Shown: positions 1 to 13,336, counted from the first letter of the stretch. The stretch: DNA of 64,000 bases from Bacillota bacterium (GCA_963666425.2 OY762825.2:2208001-2272000); one strand, 5' to 3'. The notes: generated from the sequence alone by a model not told the origin. Translations and numbers: made by a program.

Positions 1-4
1 CCAC

Positions 5-373
5 ATGATTCAACAGCAAACTGTTTTGAATGTTGCTGATAATTCCGGTGCGAAAACAATTATGTGTATTCGCGTGAAAGGCGGTCATTACCGTCGTTAC
101 GGTAATGTCGGTGATACTATTGTTGCTGCCGTCAAATCCGCCACACCCGGCGGCGTTGTTAAAAAAGGCGAAGTTGTCAAGGCTGTCATCGTCAGAACCC
201 GTAAGGGTATGGGACGCGACGATGGTTCTTATATTCGCTTCGACGATAATGCGGCCGTTATTATCAAAGAAGATAAGAGTCCGCGTGGCACTCGTATCTT
301 TGGGCCTGTTGCTCGGGAATTACGCGAAAGAGATTATATGAAAATCATTTCGCTAGCTCCCGAAGTTCTGTAG
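5..373 (+). CDS. rplN: 50S ribosomal protein L14
   Basis: [17 protein letters not shown]...[11 protein letters not shown]...[10 protein letters not shown]; first gene of the spc operon order. Confidence 0.99.
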   Translation: MIQQQTVLNVADNSGAKTIMCIRVKGGHYRRYGNVGDTIVAAVKSATPGGVVKKGEVVKAVIVRTRKGMGRDDGSYIRFDDNAAVIIKEDKSPRGTRIFGPVARELRERDYMKIISLAPEVL

Positions 374-390
374 TCAGGAGGTGTACTAGT

Positions 391-720
391 TTGACAGCAC
401 CTAAAATGCATGTTAGAAAAGACGATACCGTCGTTATTTTACAGGGAAAAGATGCAGGCAAGCAGGGTAAGATCTTAGTAGCGATGCCAACTGACCGTAA
501 AGTCATTGTTGAAGGCATCAACATTATTAAGCGTCATACGCGTCCTTCCAATACAAATCCCAAAGGCGGAATTGTGGAGAAGGAAGCGCCGGTTTTCGCT
601 GCAAGAGTGCAGGTCGTTTGCAAAAGCTGCGGAAAACCGACCAGAGTCGGCCGCAAAATTGCCGAAGACGGCAGTCACGTTCGTTATTGTAAAAAATGCG
701 GACAGTCCCTTGATAAATAG
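391..720 (+). CDS. rplX: 50S ribosomal protein L24
   Basis: KOW motif (DTVVILQGKDAGKQG), VEGINIIKRH; TTG start after GGAGG. Confidence 0.98.
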   Translation: MTAPKMHVRKDDTVVILQGKDAGKQGKILVAMPTDRKVIVEGINIIKRHTRPSNTNPKGGIVEKEAPVFAARVQVVCKSCGKPTRVGRKIAEDGSHVRYCKKCGQSLDK

Positions 721-740
721 AGGAAGGGAGGTAAACTATC

Positions 741-1280
741 TTGTCCCGATTGAAAGAAAAATATCAAAATGAAGTGACACCAGCTTTGATGGAGCGCTTC
801 AAATACAGCAGTGTGATGAGTGTTCCCCGTCTATCGAAGATTGTTATTAACATCGGCGTGGGAGACGCATTGCAAAACTCAAAACTGCTGGACGCATCGG
901 TCAGTGATCTGACAACAATTGCCGGACAAAAACCGGTAATTACGAAAGCTAAGAAATCGATCGCAAACTTTAAACTGCGTGAAGGCGTTTCGATTGGCAC
1001 CATGGTGACTTTACGCGGCGAGCGTATGTGGTCTTTCCTGGATAAGCTAATGAATATCAACCTTCCCCGCGTTCGTGACTTCCGCGGAGTTTCTCCGAAA
1101 GCTTTTGATGGTCGTGGTAACTATTCCCTCGGCGTGAAAGAGCAATTGATCTTCCCCGAAATTGAATATGATAAGGTCGATAAAATTCGGGGTATGAATA
1201 TTTCTATTGTCACCACGGCAAGAACAGACGAAGAGGCCTTCGAGTTGCTGAAAGCACTCGGCATGCCTTTCCGTTCCTAA
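741..1280 (+). CDS. rplE: 50S ribosomal protein L5
   Basis: [41 protein letters not shown]. Confidence 0.99.
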   Translation: MSRLKEKYQNEVTPALMERFKYSSVMSVPRLSKIVINIGVGDALQNSKLLDASVSDLTTIAGQKPVITKAKKSIANFKLREGVSIGTMVTLRGERMWSFLDKLMNINLPRVRDFRGVSPKAFDGRGNYSLGVKEQLIFPEIEYDKVDKIRGMNISIVTTARTDEEAFELLKALGMPFRS

Positions 1281-1295
1281 TGAGGAGGAAGCTTT

Positions 1296-1481
1296 ATGGC
1301 TAAGACTTCACTAAAAATCAAACAGAGCCGTCCGCAGAAATTTAAGGTTCAGGAATACAATCGCTGTAAAATTTGCGGTCGTCCTCATGCCTATATGCGG
1401 AAATTTGGCATCTGCCGCATCTGCTTCCGCAATCTGGCGCATCAGGGACACATTCCCGGTGTCACGAAAGCCAGCTGGTAA
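1296..1481 (+). CDS. rpsZ: 30S ribosomal protein S14, zinc-binding type Z
   Basis: 61 aa, RCKICGRP...FGICRICFR...IPGVTKASW. Confidence 0.98.
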   Translation: MAKTSLKIKQSRPQKFKVQEYNRCKICGRPHAYMRKFGICRICFRNLAHQGHIPGVTKASW

Positions 1482-1508
1482 TATCGAAACAGGGAGGAGG
1501 TCGTTTAC

Positions 1509-1907
1509 ATGGCTATGACCGATCCGATTGCTGATATGTTAACTCGCATTCGCAATGGTAATGTGGTTTACCATGAAAAGGTAGACATTCCGGCGTCAAA
1601 GATGAAAGTGGCGCTGGCGGAGATCCTGAAAAATGAAGGATTTATCCGTGATTTTCAACAAATCAGCGACAATAAACAAGGCGTTATTCGGGTTTTTATG
1701 AAATATGGTGCAGAACGCGAACGCGTAATCACCGGCATCAAACGTATTTCGAAACCCGGTTTACGTGTGTATGTTCACAAAGATGAAATTCCTCGTGTCC
1801 TTGGCGGGTTGGGTGTTGCGATTATTTCCACAACATCTGGTCTAATGAGCGACAAACAAGCTCGCGCAGCAGGTCTGGGCGGCGAAGTGATTTGTTATAT
1901 CTGGTAG
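1509..1907 (+). CDS. rpsH: 30S ribosomal protein S8
   Basis: [31 protein letters not shown]. Confidence 0.99.
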   Translation: MAMTDPIADMLTRIRNGNVVYHEKVDIPASKMKVALAEILKNEGFIRDFQQISDNKQGVIRVFMKYGAERERVITGIKRISKPGLRVYVHKDEIPRVLGGLGVAIISTTSGLMSDKQARAAGLGGEVICYIW

Positions 1908-1921
1908 AGGAGGTGCCGTAA

Positions 1922-2458
1922 GTGTCTCGTATAGGTAGAATGCCGATTGTAATTCCGCAGGGCGTAAACGTTACTGTGGAAGGTAACTTGGTAAGCGTAA
2001 AGGGACCCAAGGGCACCCTGACACGTGCTTTACATCCGGAGATGAAAATTACTTTGGAAGACGGAGCTCTGCATGTCAGCCGTCCCAGTGACGCTCCGAA
2101 GCACCGTGCGCTTCATGGTTTGACCCGCGCCTTGTTGAATAACATGGTTGTTGGTGTCACCAAAGGTTTTGAGAAAAATTTAAACATTGTTGGTGTTGGA
2201 TACCGTGCTTCAAAACAAGGAAGAACCCTGGTACTCAATATGGGATATTCCCATCCGGTCGAGATTACTCCTGAGGAAGGCGTAGAAGTTGAAGTTCCCG
2301 CTCAGGCCAGAATGATCGTTAAGGGAATCGACAAAGAAAAAGTCGGTGCTCTTGCCGCTGAAATTCGCAAGGTCCGCGAACCGGAACCCTACCTCGGTAA
2401 AGGAATCATGTATGAGGGCGAAGTCATTCGTCGTAAAGTCGGTAAGACCGGTAAATAA
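1922..2458 (+). CDS. rplF: 50S ribosomal protein L6
   Basis: [20 protein letters not shown]. Confidence 0.99.
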   Translation: MSRIGRMPIVIPQGVNVTVEGNLVSVKGPKGTLTRALHPEMKITLEDGALHVSRPSDAPKHRALHGLTRALLNNMVVGVTKGFEKNLNIVGVGYRASKQGRTLVLNMGYSHPVEITPEEGVEVEVPAQARMIVKGIDKEKVGALAAEIRKVREPEPYLGKGIMYEGEVIRRKVGKTGK

Positions 2459-2490
2459 AGGGATTTGATCAAGAAAGGAGTGACTCCGCT

Positions 2491-2859
2491 TTGATCCAAA
2501 AGCCGGATGCGAATAAAGCTCGTCTGGTCCGTCATTTTCGTGTGCGCAAACATATCAGCGGCACAGCAGAACGTCCTCGTCTCTGCGTTTACCGCAGTAA
2601 CAAGCATATTGTTGCACAAGTCATTGATGATAACAGCGGTCACACCCTGGTTGCTGCTTCTTCCTTAGAAAAGGCAGTCCGGGAAGAATTAAAATACGGC
2701 GGTAATATCAGTGCCGCTAAAGTGGTTGGCAGTATCGTTGCCAAACGTGCTCTCGAAAAAGGTATCAATCAAGTAGTCTTTGATCGCGGTGGATATCTCT
2801 ATCACGGCCGTATCGCCGCGTTAGCTGATGCCGCCCGTGAAGGCGGTCTGAAATTCTAG
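2491..2859 (+). CDS. rplR: 50S ribosomal protein L18
   Basis: [41 protein letters not shown]. Confidence 0.99.
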   Translation: MIQKPDANKARLVRHFRVRKHISGTAERPRLCVYRSNKHIVAQVIDDNSGHTLVAASSLEKAVREELKYGGNISAAKVVGSIVAKRALEKGINQVVFDRGGYLYHGRIAALADAAREGGLKF

Positions 2860-2881
2860 GACGATTGGGAGGGAATTTTCA

Positions 2882-3382
2882 ATGCAAAAGATTGATTTAA
2901 CCAATCTGGAACTGACAGAAAAAGTAGTCTCCATCGGTCCTGTATCCAAGACCGTAAAGGGCGGACGTATTCGTCGGTTCAGAACTCTGGTTGTAGTCGG
3001 TGACCAAAAGGGTCACGTAGGAATCGGCGTCGGAAAAGCCAGAGAAGTACAGGAAGCCATCAAAAAAGGTACGGACGACGCAAAGAAAAATGTTGTAACG
3101 ATTCCTATGGTAGGAACTACGGTTCCTCATGTTAATATCGGCCGTTATGGTTCTGCAGAAGTCTTACTGAAACCGGCAGCAGTCGGAACCGGTGTTATTG
3201 CCGGCGGTCCGGTGCGTGCGATTCTGGAAGCAGCAGGCATACACGACATTTTAACAAAATCCAATGGATCTTCTAACCCTATCAATCAGGTACAAGCAAC
3301 TCTCAAGGCTTTAATGACCATGAAGACAGTTGAACAAGTAGCCAAATTGCGGGGTAAAACCGTGGAAGAAATCCTCGGTTAG
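2882..3382 (+). CDS. rpsE: 30S ribosomal protein S5
   Basis: [22 protein letters not shown]. Confidence 0.99.
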   Translation: MQKIDLTNLELTEKVVSIGPVSKTVKGGRIRRFRTLVVVGDQKGHVGIGVGKAREVQEAIKKGTDDAKKNVVTIPMVGTTVPHVNIGRYGSAEVLLKPAAVGTGVIAGGPVRAILEAAGIHDILTKSNGSSNPINQVQATLKALMTMKTVEQVAKLRGKTVEEILG

Positions 3383-3396
3383 GGAGGAAAAAAATC

Positions 3397-3585
3397 ATGG
3401 CAAAACAGATTAAAGTGACTCTATTCCGTGGTTTTGCCGGACGTACCGAAAAGCAGCGCAAAATTGCCCGGGCTTTGGGATTAACCAAACGCGAGCATGT
3501 TGTTATGCATGACGATAACCCGGTAATCCGCGGTATGATCAACAAAATCCCCCACATGTTGATTGTGGAAGAAATTGAAGAATAG
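3397..3585 (+). CDS. rpmD: 50S ribosomal protein L30
   Basis: 62 aa, ALGL...DNPVIRGMINKIPH; located between rpsE and rplO. Confidence 0.97.
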   Translation: MAKQIKVTLFRGFAGRTEKQRKIARALGLTKREHVVMHDDNPVIRGMINKIPHMLIVEEIEE

Positions 3586-3597
3586 GAGGTGCCCTTC

Positions 3598-4038
3598 ATG
3601 AAACTTCATGAATTAAAACCGGCTGCTGGTTCGCATAAACCCCGTCGCCGCGTTGGACGCGGTCTGGGTTCCGGGATGGGCAAAACCTCTACCCGCGGAC
3701 ATAAAGGCCAATGGAGCCGAACCGGTGGTGGTGTACGAATTGGTTTTGAAGGCGGTCAAATGCCGATTACCAGACGGATGCCGAAGGTCGGTTTCACCAA
3801 TATTTTCAAAAAAGAATACGCGTTAGTCAACGTAAAATTCCTCGATTGCTTTGAAGCTGGTACCGAAGTGACGCCTGAACTGATGTATCAGGAAGGTCTG
3901 ATCAATAAACTCCAGTTGCCGGTAAAAGTGCTCGGCCATGGTGATTTAACAAAAGCGCTCACCGTGAAAGCTCACAAATTCTCGGCATCAGCCTTGGAGA
4001 AAATTGAAAAGGCCGGCGGCAAAGCAGAGGTGATTTAA
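3598..4038 (+). CDS. rplO: 50S ribosomal protein L15
   Basis: [29 protein letters not shown]; ATG 3598 follows GGAGG. Confidence 0.98.
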   Translation: MKLHELKPAAGSHKPRRRVGRGLGSGMGKTSTRGHKGQWSRTGGGVRIGFEGGQMPITRRMPKVGFTNIFKKEYALVNVKFLDCFEAGTEVTPELMYQEGLINKLQLPVKVLGHGDLTKALTVKAHKFSASALEKIEKAGGKAEVI

Positions 4039-5297
4039 TGTTTAACACCTTTGTAAACGCGTGGAAAATACCGGAACAACGGAAGAAAATTCTCTATACC
4101 GGCTTGCTGATCTTCCTATTTCGTTTAGGCTGTCACATCCCGGTACCATTGGTTGATGCTACGGCAATCCGCAGCATCTTCAGTGAAAGTAATTTCTTTG
4201 GTTTCTTGAACGTGATGTCCGGCGGTGCACTCAAGCAAATGAGCTTCTTTGCGCTTGCCGTCAGCCCTTATATTACATCCTCCATTGTGGTGCAATTATT
4301 GAGCATCGTCATCCCGAAATGGGAAGAGATGTCCAAAGAGGGCGAAGAAGGCCGGAAGAAATTACAAGAGTATACCCGCTATATCACACTGCTGCTTGCT
4401 TTGATTCAAGGTTATGCTACCGCTAATTATATCGGCAGCTTAGGTGCAGTGAAAGATCCTGGATTCTATTCCTATTGTGTGATCGCTCTTACCTTTACTG
4501 CCGGCACAATTCTTTTGATGTGGATGGCGGAAACGATTGGCGAAAAAGGCGTTGGCAATGGTGTTTCTCTCCTGATTTTTGCAGGTATCATCTCGCAAAT
4601 GCCGGATGCTGTGGTCACTATGGTCAAAGGTGTCATTGCTGGCACTACTCCTTGGTGGGGCATGGCGATTCTCATCGTGATCGCTGCCGTGAGCGTAGTA
4701 GGTATTGTTTTTGTCACCCAGGGCACCCGGAAAATTCCGGTGCAATATGCCAAACGTGTGGTTGGCCGTAAGGTCTATGGTGGACAAAACACACATATTC
4801 CTTTCAAAATCAATCAAGCCGGTGTCTTACCTGTTATTTTTGCCTCCAGTTTGTTGATGTTTCCGGAAACGATTCTGCAATTCGTCAACGCCAGCTGGGC
4901 AGAGAAAGTCAGTTCATTTATGGGCACTGGTACCTGGTTCCATACAATCTTGTATGTGCTTCTCATTTTCTTCTTCTCTTTCTTCTATACGATGATCCAA
5001 TTCAATCCGATTGATACTGCGAAAAACATGCAGAAGAATGGCGGATTTATTCCCGGGATTCGTCCCGGTAAACCGACTTCTGATTTTCTTAGCCGTATCA
5101 TGAGCCGTCTTACGGTTGTAGGCGCTGTTTTCCTTTGCGCTTTGGTTCTACTGCCAATGATGTTGTCTGCTGTCACGACCATGAAAACCGGTTTCGGCGG
5201 AACAACCATTTTAATTGCAATCAGTGTGGCTTTGGAAACGATTAAAGCGATTGAAGCTCAAGTAATGCAGCGTCATTACAAAGGTTTCTTACAATAG
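4038..5297 (+). CDS. secY: preprotein translocase subunit SecY
   Basis: About 10 TM segments; SPYITSSIVVQLL, GVGNGVSLLIFAGI, FIPGIRPGKPT. Confidence 0.99.
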   Translation: MFNTFVNAWKIPEQRKKILYTGLLIFLFRLGCHIPVPLVDATAIRSIFSESNFFGFLNVMSGGALKQMSFFALAVSPYITSSIVVQLLSIVIPKWEEMSKEGEEGRKKLQEYTRYITLLLALIQGYATANYIGSLGAVKDPGFYSYCVIALTFTAGTILLMWMAETIGEKGVGNGVSLLIFAGIISQMPDAVVTMVKGVIAGTTPWWGMAILIVIAAVSVVGIVFVTQGTRKIPVQYAKRVVGRKVYGGQNTHIPFKINQAGVLPVIFASSLLMFPETILQFVNASWAEKVSSFMGTGTWFHTILYVLLIFFFSFFYTMIQFNPIDTAKNMQKNGGFIPGIRPGKPTSDFLSRIMSRLTVVGAVFLCALVLLPMMLSAVTTMKTGFGGTTILIAISVALETIKAIEAQVMQRHYKGFLQ

Positions 5298-6724
<1,427 letters not shown>

Positions 6725-6765
6725 TTTGAATTGTAAGATTTTAGAGGAGGATTGAGCTATAAAAT

Positions 6766-6984
6766 ATGTCCAAAGAGGATGTAATCGAAGTAGAAGGCAA
6801 AGTTGTGGAACCATTGCCCAATGCAATGTTCCGGGTTCAGTTGGAAAACGGTCATATCGTATTAGCACATGTGTCCGGCAAGTTGAAACTGAACTTTATC
6901 CGTATCCTCACGGGAGATAAGGTGAAGTTAGAGATTTCACCTTACGATCTCAGTCGAGGCCGCATTACCTATCGGTTGAAGTAA
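6766..6984 (+). CDS. infA: translation initiation factor IF-1
   Basis: [24 protein letters not shown]...[13 protein letters not shown]. Confidence 0.99.
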   Translation: MSKEDVIEVEGKVVEPLPNAMFRVQLENGHIVLAHVSGKLKLNFIRILTGDKVKLEISPYDLSRGRITYRLK

Positions 6985-7010
6985 CCTAAAACCTAAGGAG
7001 GTAAAAACCC

Positions 7011-7124
7011 ATGAAGGTTCGGCCGTCTGTTAAAAAGATGTGTGAAAAATGCAAGATCATTAAGCGCCATGGTCGTGTTATGGTGATCTGTGAGAATCCC
7101 AAACATAAACAAACACAAGGTTAA
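7011..7124 (+). CDS. rpmJ: 50S ribosomal protein L36 (not in the ORF track)
   Basis: Translated by hand: [37 protein letters not shown]; RBS AAGGAGG upstream. Confidence 0.98.
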   Translation: MKVRPSVKKMCEKCKIIKRHGRVMVICENPKHKQTQG

Positions 7125-7207
7125 CCAAGCACAAAGAGCAAAGGGCTTCTGTAAAACATCATGGCTCTTGACTGCTTTATGCAAGTCAATGGAGGTGTAC
7201 GACAAGT

Positions 7208-7576
7208 ATGGCACGTATTGCCGGTGTAGATTTACCCAGAGAGAAACGTGTAGAAATCGGATTAACGTATATCTTTGGCATTGGTCTTTCAAGATCAAGA
7301 AAGATTCTGGGACAAACCGGAATCAGCCCCGATACCCGTGTTCGCGACTTAACTGAAGGTGACGTAGCGAAATTACGTGAGGTTCTCGACCACGATTATA
7401 AGGTCGAAGGGGATTTACGGCGTGAAGTGACCGCCAGTATCAAACGCCTGGTAGACATAGGCTGCTACCGTGGCATCCGACATCGCCGCGGCCTGCCGGT
7501 AAGAGGACAGCGCACCAAAACCAATGCGAGAACGCGCAAAGGCCCACGTCGCTCCATGTCCGGTAAAAGGAAATAA
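7208..7576 (+). CDS. rpsM: 30S ribosomal protein S13
   Basis: [33 protein letters not shown]. Confidence 0.99.
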   Translation: MARIAGVDLPREKRVEIGLTYIFGIGLSRSRKILGQTGISPDTRVRDLTEGDVAKLREVLDHDYKVEGDLRREVTASIKRLVDIGCYRGIRHRRGLPVRGQRTKTNARTRKGPRRSMSGKRK

Positions 7577-7609
7577 GCGGTAAAACCCCAAAGGAGGGAT
7601 TAGCGATAA

Positions 7610-8002
7610 ATGGCTAAGGCAAAAGCTGTTCGCACCAAACGTCGTGAACGTAAAAACATTGAGTTCGGCGTTGCGCACATTCAATCTACCTTCAACAATA
7701 CCATTGTTACCATTACTGATCGAACCGGTAATGCAATTTCCTGGGCTACTGCCGGGGGAATGGGTTTTAAAGGTTCTAAAAAGAGTACTCCCTTTGCTGC
7801 TCAACAAGCTGCAGAGAAAGCTGCTGCAGCTGCGATGGAACATGGTATGAAAGAAGTAGAAGTATTGGTCAAAGGACCCGGTTCCGGCCGTGAAGCGGCA
7901 ATTCGTCAGCTTCAAACGTCCGGTTTGAACATCAGTCTGATCAAAGATGTTACATCAATTCCCCATAATGGCTGCCGGCCACCCAAACGGCGCCGCGTTT
8001 AA
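7610..8002 (+). CDS. rpsK: 30S ribosomal protein S11
   Basis: [33 protein letters not shown]. Confidence 0.99.
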   Translation: MAKAKAVRTKRRERKNIEFGVAHIQSTFNNTIVTITDRTGNAISWATAGGMGFKGSKKSTPFAAQQAAEKAAAAAMEHGMKEVEVLVKGPGSGREAAIRQLQTSGLNISLIKDVTSIPHNGCRPPKRRRV

Positions 8003-8022
8003 TCTGAAGGAGGAAAAGTTAT

Positions 8023-8652
8023 ATGGCTAGATATACCGGACCTGTCTGCAGATTGTGCCGCCGCGAGGGCATTAAGCTCTTCTTGAAGAGTGAACGTTGC
8101 TATACCGGCAAGTGCGCTCTGGAGCGCCGTGCAACGATTCCTGGACAACATGGACAGGGTCGCCGCGGTAAAGTATCTGACTATGGTCTGCATCTGCGCG
8201 AGAAACAAAAAGCCCGCCGTATTTATGGCATTTTGGAAAGTCAATTCCACCGTTACTTCGCCCTTGCCAAACGTAAAAAAGGTGTTGCCGGTGAAAACTT
8301 ATTACAATTACTGGAATGCCGTTTAGATAACGTAGTTTATCGTCTTGGCTTTGCCGGCAATCGAATTGAAGCCCGCCAGTTGGTTCGACATGGACACTTC
8401 AAAGTGAATGGTCGTCGGGTGGATATTCCTTCCTACATTTTGAAAGTAAACGATGTCGTTGAAATCAGATCCAAGAGTCGGGCCAGTACTAAGTTCGTTG
8501 GTCTGGTGGAGGCACTCGGAGCAAAAGCCGTGGTGTCTTGGCTGCAATTGGATGTTGAGAATTTAAAGGGTTCGGTTTTGCGCATTCCGAGCCGTGAAGA
8601 AATTGACATACCGGTAGCCGAAAACCTGATCATCGAGTTTTACTCCCGTTAA
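8023..8652 (+). CDS. rpsD: 30S ribosomal protein S4
   Basis: [42 protein letters not shown]. Confidence 0.99.
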   Translation: MARYTGPVCRLCRREGIKLFLKSERCYTGKCALERRATIPGQHGQGRRGKVSDYGLHLREKQKARRIYGILESQFHRYFALAKRKKGVAGENLLQLLECRLDNVVYRLGFAGNRIEARQLVRHGHFKVNGRRVDIPSYILKVNDVVEIRSKSRASTKFVGLVEALGAKAVVSWLQLDVENLKGSVLRIPSREEIDIPVAENLIIEFYSR

Positions 8653-8682
8653 TGCATCGGGAACAAGTAGGAGGGTTGGCCT

Positions 8683-9642
8683 ATGTTGGAGAAATTTGAT
8701 CGCCCAAAAATTGAAATTGTCTCCATAGCGAGTGACGATCGCTATGGGAAGTTTTGTGTGGAACCTCTCCAACGGGGTTACGGACACACTTTAGGCAATT
8801 CTCTTCGTCGTATCCTCCTTTCAAGTATCGACGGAGCCGCAGTTACTGCGGTTCGGATTCAGGGGGTTGAGCATGAATTCACGACGCTTCCGGGAATGCT
8901 GGAAGATATCACGGAATTCGTACTGAACCTGAAGGAACTTCGCCTCAGAATCTTCAGTGATGAAGTGAAAACGTTACGAATTGAAGCGCAGGGTGAAGGA
9001 ATCGTTAAAGCAGGAGATTTGAAGCTGGATGCTGATGTGGAAGTCTTAAATCCGGAACTGAAACTGGCGACATTGGATACCGACGGTCGTCTCTTTGCCG
9101 AATTAACGGCAGAGAGAGGGCGCGGATATGTATCGGCCGACCGGAATAAGAAGAACGATACAACGATTGGTACTATTTGGGTTGACTCTATTTTTTCACC
9201 CATTATCCGCGTGAATTACGTTGTTGAAAATGCGCGTGTCGGTCAAGTCACAGACTTTGATAAGCTAACGCTCGAAGTTTGGACCGATGGCAGCATCAAA
9301 CCGCAGGAAGCAGTCAGCAACGGGGCTCAAATCATCTGCGATTTATTGAATCCTTTTGTCGCCTTGACGGAGACTCATACGGAAGCAGAGGAATCTGTGA
9401 TCCATGAAGCCGGCGAGACGAGACAGAAGGAAGATAAATTGCGCATGACGATTGAAGATCTGGACCTATCGGTTCGTTCCTACAATTGTTTAAAGCGGGC
9501 GGGTATCAATTCGGTATCTGAATTAGTCAACCGTACTGAAGATGATATGATGAAAGTGCGCAATCTGGGAAGAAAGTCTTTGGAAGAAGTTATTATCAAA
9601 CTTCAAGTCCTTGGCTTATCCTTAAGGAAACAGGAAGAATAA
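8683..9642 (+). CDS. rpoA: RNA polymerase alpha subunit
   Basis: [48 protein letters not shown]. Confidence 0.99.
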   Translation: MLEKFDRPKIEIVSIASDDRYGKFCVEPLQRGYGHTLGNSLRRILLSSIDGAAVTAVRIQGVEHEFTTLPGMLEDITEFVLNLKELRLRIFSDEVKTLRIEAQGEGIVKAGDLKLDADVEVLNPELKLATLDTDGRLFAELTAERGRGYVSADRNKKNDTTIGTIWVDSIFSPIIRVNYVVENARVGQVTDFDKLTLEVWTDGSIKPQEAVSNGAQIICDLLNPFVALTETHTEAEESVIHEAGETRQKEDKLRMTIEDLDLSVRSYNCLKRAGINSVSELVNRTEDDMMKVRNLGRKSLEEVIIKLQVLGLSLRKQEE

Positions 9643-9664
9643 AAGTGACGAAGGAGGGAGAACC

Positions 9665-10033
9665 ATGGGCTATCGTAAATTAGGTCGTAATACCGGTCAT
9701 CGTAAAGCCCTTCTCCGTAACCTGGTGACTTCATTATTGGAAATGGAACAAATTGAAACCACGGAAACCCGTGCAAAAGAAGTTCGTTCCATTGCTGAAA
9801 AAATGATTACCTTGGGTAAAAGAGGAGATCTCCATGCTCGCCGTCAGGCTGCCGCATATCTTACCAAAGAGAGTGTAGCAAAGAAAGTCTTTGACGACGT
9901 AGCAAAACGTTGTGCGACCCGCCCAGGCGGCTATACACGAATTTTGAAATTAGGTCCCCGGCGCGGGGATGCTGCCCCTATGGTGCTGCTGCAATTGGTG
10001 GACGGCAAAGTAGAAGCAGCCAAAAAGGAATAA
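9665..10033 (+). CDS. rplQ: 50S ribosomal protein L17
   Basis: [37 protein letters not shown]. Confidence 0.99.
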   Translation: MGYRKLGRNTGHRKALLRNLVTSLLEMEQIETTETRAKEVRSIAEKMITLGKRGDLHARRQAAAYLTKESVAKKVFDDVAKRCATRPGGYTRILKLGPRRGDAAPMVLLQLVDGKVEAAKKE

Positions 10034-10037
10034 TAAC

Positions 10038-10883
10038 ATGACAGGCCAAACTCTGCTGATAGAAACCAGGAACTTGAGCCATACGTTTCAAGGTCCGGAA
10101 AATCAGGAGATTCAAGCGCTTGATTCTGTTAACTTGACAATCTATTCCGGGGAATTTGTGGTGATTTTAGGTGCCAACGGTTCCGGTAAGTCTACTTTAG
10201 CCAAACACTTGAACGCTCTCTTGCTTCCAACAGAAGGAACTGTGTGGGTGGATGGCTTGGATACTGCCAGCGAGGAAGCACTTTGGACGATTCGGCAAAA
10301 TGTCGGGATGGTCTTTCAAAACCCAGACAATCAGATCGTGGCAACCATCGTAGAAGATGATGTCGCTTTCGGTCCGGAAAACTTAGGGCTTCCCCCTGCT
10401 CTCATCCGTGAGCGGGTTGCGGAAGCCCTTGTCATGGTTGGCATGAGTGAATTCAGGCAGCATGCTCCTCATTTACTATCCGGCGGTCAGAAACAACGTG
10501 TGGCAATTGCCGGAATTGTTGCGATGCGTCCGAAAGTGGTCGTTTTGGATGAAGCCACTGCCATGTTGGATCCACAGGGCCGCAGGGAAGTCATGGCTGC
10601 GATTCAACGGCTGCGCAGTGAAGGAATGACCGTGATTCTGATCACTCATCACATGAACGAAGCGGTGATGGCGGATCGGATCATTCTGCTGGATCAGGGT
10701 CGGATTGTTGATCAAGGCACACCGCATGATATTTTTCAAAAACGAGAGCAAATGAAGGCATTGGGTTTGGATATTCCCCAGATAGCGCAATTGGCGGCAT
10801 TGCTGAAGGCCGATCATCTGATCGAGCGCGATGATTTGCTCAGTGTGGAAGAGATGGTGAAGCAATTATGTCCATCATCTTAA
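10038..10883 (+). CDS. ecfA1: ECF transporter ATPase A1
   Basis: Walker A GANGSGKST, VFQNPDNQ, LSGGQKQR, DEATAMLDP; canonical position after rplQ. Confidence 0.95.
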   Translation: MTGQTLLIETRNLSHTFQGPENQEIQALDSVNLTIYSGEFVVILGANGSGKSTLAKHLNALLLPTEGTVWVDGLDTASEEALWTIRQNVGMVFQNPDNQIVATIVEDDVAFGPENLGLPPALIRERVAEALVMVGMSEFRQHAPHLLSGGQKQRVAIAGIVAMRPKVVVLDEATAMLDPQGRREVMAAIQRLRSEGMTVILITHHMNEAVMADRIILLDQGRIVDQGTPHDIFQKREQMKALGLDIPQIAQLAALLKADHLIERDDLLSVEEMVKQLCPSS

Positions 10884-11725
10884 AAAACGTCGGACTGGTC
10901 TACAGCCCCGGCACTCCTTTTGCTGCCTTTGCCTTACAAGAGATCAATTTGGAAATCGGCAGCGGCAAGCTGGTGGCAATCATTGGGCATACCGGTTCCG
11001 GAAAATCAACGCTCGTGCAGGTCATGGCCGGTCTGGAGCAGCCCAGCAGCGGCGAAGTGATACTGGACGATATTGTCTTGTACAAAAGAAATACAGATAG
11101 AAAACAACTGCGCAGGAAAGTCGGTATGGTCTTTCAATACCCGGAGCATCAGTTATTTGAAGAAACCGTCGAAAAAGAACTCGCATTCGGTTTGCTGAAG
11201 CAGGGCAGAAGTGAAGAAGAGATTCGCGTTCAAATGGAAAAGGCGATGCAATTTGCCCAATTAGCACCGGATTTGCTCAGCCGGTCTCCTTTTGAATTAT
11301 CCGGCGGTCAAATGCGGCGCTTAGCGATTGCCTCCGTCATTGCGATGGAGCCGGATTATCTGATCATGGATGAACCGACAGCCGGTCTCGATCCGGCTGG
11401 CAGGGACGAGATCTTGAGCGGTTTGGCTAAATGGCAGCGTCAAACGAAGAAGACGGTCATCTTAGTCTCCCACAGTATGGAGGATGTTGCGAAACTGGCA
11501 GAGGAAATTCTCGTCTTAACCGATGGTCGTTTAGTAATGTCGGGCGATACGAAGAGCATCTTTGCACGTGGGGAAGAACTGCAGCAAGTGGGACTCGATG
11601 TCCCGCAGGTAACCGCTTTGATGATGGAACTGAAACGGAAAGGTTGGCCAGTTCCCACCGATGTGATCAGTGTGGAAGAAGCTTATGCCAGCATTTCTGC
11701 ACTGCTCAGGAGGGGAAGGCCATGA
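10868..11725 (+). CDS. ecfA2: ECF transporter ATPase A2
   Basis: GHTGSGKST, VFQYPEHQLFEETV, SPFELSGGQMRR, DEPTAGLDP. Confidence 0.95.
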   Translation: MSIILKNVGLVYSPGTPFAAFALQEINLEIGSGKLVAIIGHTGSGKSTLVQVMAGLEQPSSGEVILDDIVLYKRNTDRKQLRRKVGMVFQYPEHQLFEETVEKELAFGLLKQGRSEEEIRVQMEKAMQFAQLAPDLLSRSPFELSGGQMRRLAIASVIAMEPDYLIMDEPTAGLDPAGRDEILSGLAKWQRQTKKTVILVSHSMEDVAKLAEEILVLTDGRLVMSGDTKSIFARGEELQQVGLDVPQVTALMMELKRKGWPVPTDVISVEEAYASISALLRRGRP

Positions 11726-12558
11726 ATTTATTACGGGGTGTAACCATTGGCCAGCATTATCCTCTCAATTCACCGATTCACCATCTGGACCCGCGCTTTA
11801 AAATCTGCTTTGTATTTCTCTATATTACGGCCCTGTTTACCGCCAGCGGGCCGCTCGCTTACGCAGTCCTGCTTCTGTTTTGTTTATTGATCATCTATCT
11901 GTCTAAAATCCCTTTTAAGCTGATTTTGCGTGGGCTGAAGCCTGTCCTATGGATCGTTGGCTTTACCCTGCTCCTGCACAGTTTTAGCACCGCTGAGGGA
12001 GAGATCCTCTGGCAATGGTGGCGGTTTACTCTTTACAGCGGCGGTATCCTGCGCGGTGTGATGATGTCAAGCCGTCTGATTCTGCTGATCAGTACGACCT
12101 CGCTGCTGACCTTAACTACCTCGCCCATTGCCCTAACCGACGGCTTGGAAGTGTTGATGAAGCCGCTGCAGCGTTTTGGTTTACCGGCTCATGAATTGGC
12201 GATGATGATGACCATTGCTTTGCGTTTTGTACCGACGCTGATTGAAGAAGCGGATAAGATCATCAAAGCGCAGACAGCCAGAGGTGCGGATTTTGAACAG
12301 GGCGGTTTGATCGCCCGTGCCAAAAATCTGCTGCCTGTCTTGGTCCCTCTCTTTATCAGCGCCTTTCGCCGAGCCGATGATCTCGCCATGGCGATGGAAG
12401 CGCGCTGTTATCGCGGCGGTGAACACCGTACCCGCATGAAAGAATTGAAAAGCGGCAGCAATGATTGGATAGCCTTGCTGATTCTCCTGGCTCTCTTTGC
12501 GCTCGTTCTTACACTCAGACTGACAGGGATGGATGTCTGGCAGGTTGCGGGGAACTAA
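11722..12558 (+). CDS. ecfT: ECF transporter transmembrane T component
   Basis: IHHLDPRFK, IALRFVPTL, AQTARG, AMEARCY; true start ATG 11722 (ATGA overlap with ecfA2), the ORF track over-extends it. Confidence 0.95.
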   Translation: MNLLRGVTIGQHYPLNSPIHHLDPRFKICFVFLYITALFTASGPLAYAVLLLFCLLIIYLSKIPFKLILRGLKPVLWIVGFTLLLHSFSTAEGEILWQWWRFTLYSGGILRGVMMSSRLILLISTTSLLTLTTSPIALTDGLEVLMKPLQRFGLPAHELAMMMTIALRFVPTLIEEADKIIKAQTARGADFEQGGLIARAKNLLPVLVPLFISAFRRADDLAMAMEARCYRGGEHRTRMKELKSGSNDWIALLILLALFALVLTLRLTGMDVWQVAGN

Positions 12559-12559
12559 A

Positions 12560-13336
12560 ATGAAGACCATTCGTTTGAATATACAGTATGACGGCAGCAG
12601 GTATCATGGCTGGCAGCGTCAGCCAAATGTTTTGACGATCCAGCAGCTGATTGAAGAAGCCATCACACAGTTAAGCGGTGAAAGCGTTATTCTCAACGGG
12701 GCAGGCCGTACCGATGCCGGCGTACATGCGATGGATCAATGGGCTCAATTTAAAACAGAAAGCCGCATTCCACCGGAAAAGTGGTATCCGGCGCTGAATA
12801 GCATCCTGCCCGGAGATATCCGTATCATGCATTCCGAAATGTGTGAACCGCTTTGGCATGCCCGTTTTGTACCGCATCAGAAGACCTATCGATATACGAT
12901 TGAAACAGCTCAGGTGGTTTCTCCTTTTCGGCAGGCGTATGTTTGGCATCGCCGTGGAGATTTGCCATTCGTCCGCCTGCAGGCGGCGGCTGAGTTGGTG
13001 CTGGGAGAGCATGATTTCAGTGCTTTCTGTGCGGCACACAGCGAAGTGAAGAATAAAGTGCGCCGGATTGCCGCCTCGGAGTGGCGGCAGGAAGAAACGC
13101 GTTTGATCTACAGTATCACCGGAAACGGATTTCTTTATAACATGGTCCGTCTGTTGGTTGGATTTATGGTGGAAATTGCCTCCGGAAAGCGGGAGCTGCA
13201 GCAAATGCAGAGTTTTCTTACCGCTGCCTGCCAAAGCAAAGCCAGCTTTACGGTACCGCCGCAGGGACTTTGTCTGTATGAGATAGTTTATGAAGAAATG
13301 CCTGCACTACTTGACATAAGCACAAATATTGACTAA
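12560..13336 (+). CDS. truA: tRNA pseudouridine(38-40) synthase
   Basis: YDGSRYHGWQRQ, AGRTDAGVHA, GEHDFSAF, GNGFLYNMVR. Confidence 0.97.
   Translation: MKTIRLNIQYDGSRYHGWQRQPNVLTIQQLIEEAITQLSGESVILNGAGRTDAGVHAMDQWAQFKTESRIPPEKWYPALNSILPGDIRIMHSEMCEPLWHARFVPHQKTYRYTIETAQVVSPFRQAYVWHRRGDLPFVRLQAAAELVLGEHDFSAFCAAHSEVKNKVRRIAASEWRQEETRLIYSITGNGFLYNMVRLLVGFMVEIASGKRELQQMQSFLTAACQSKASFTVPPQGLCLYEIVYEEMPALLDISTNID

Noticed and set aside
6993-7356. ORFs 6993-7298 (-) and 7090-7356 (+)
   Set aside because: They overlap rpmJ and rpsM and are spurious
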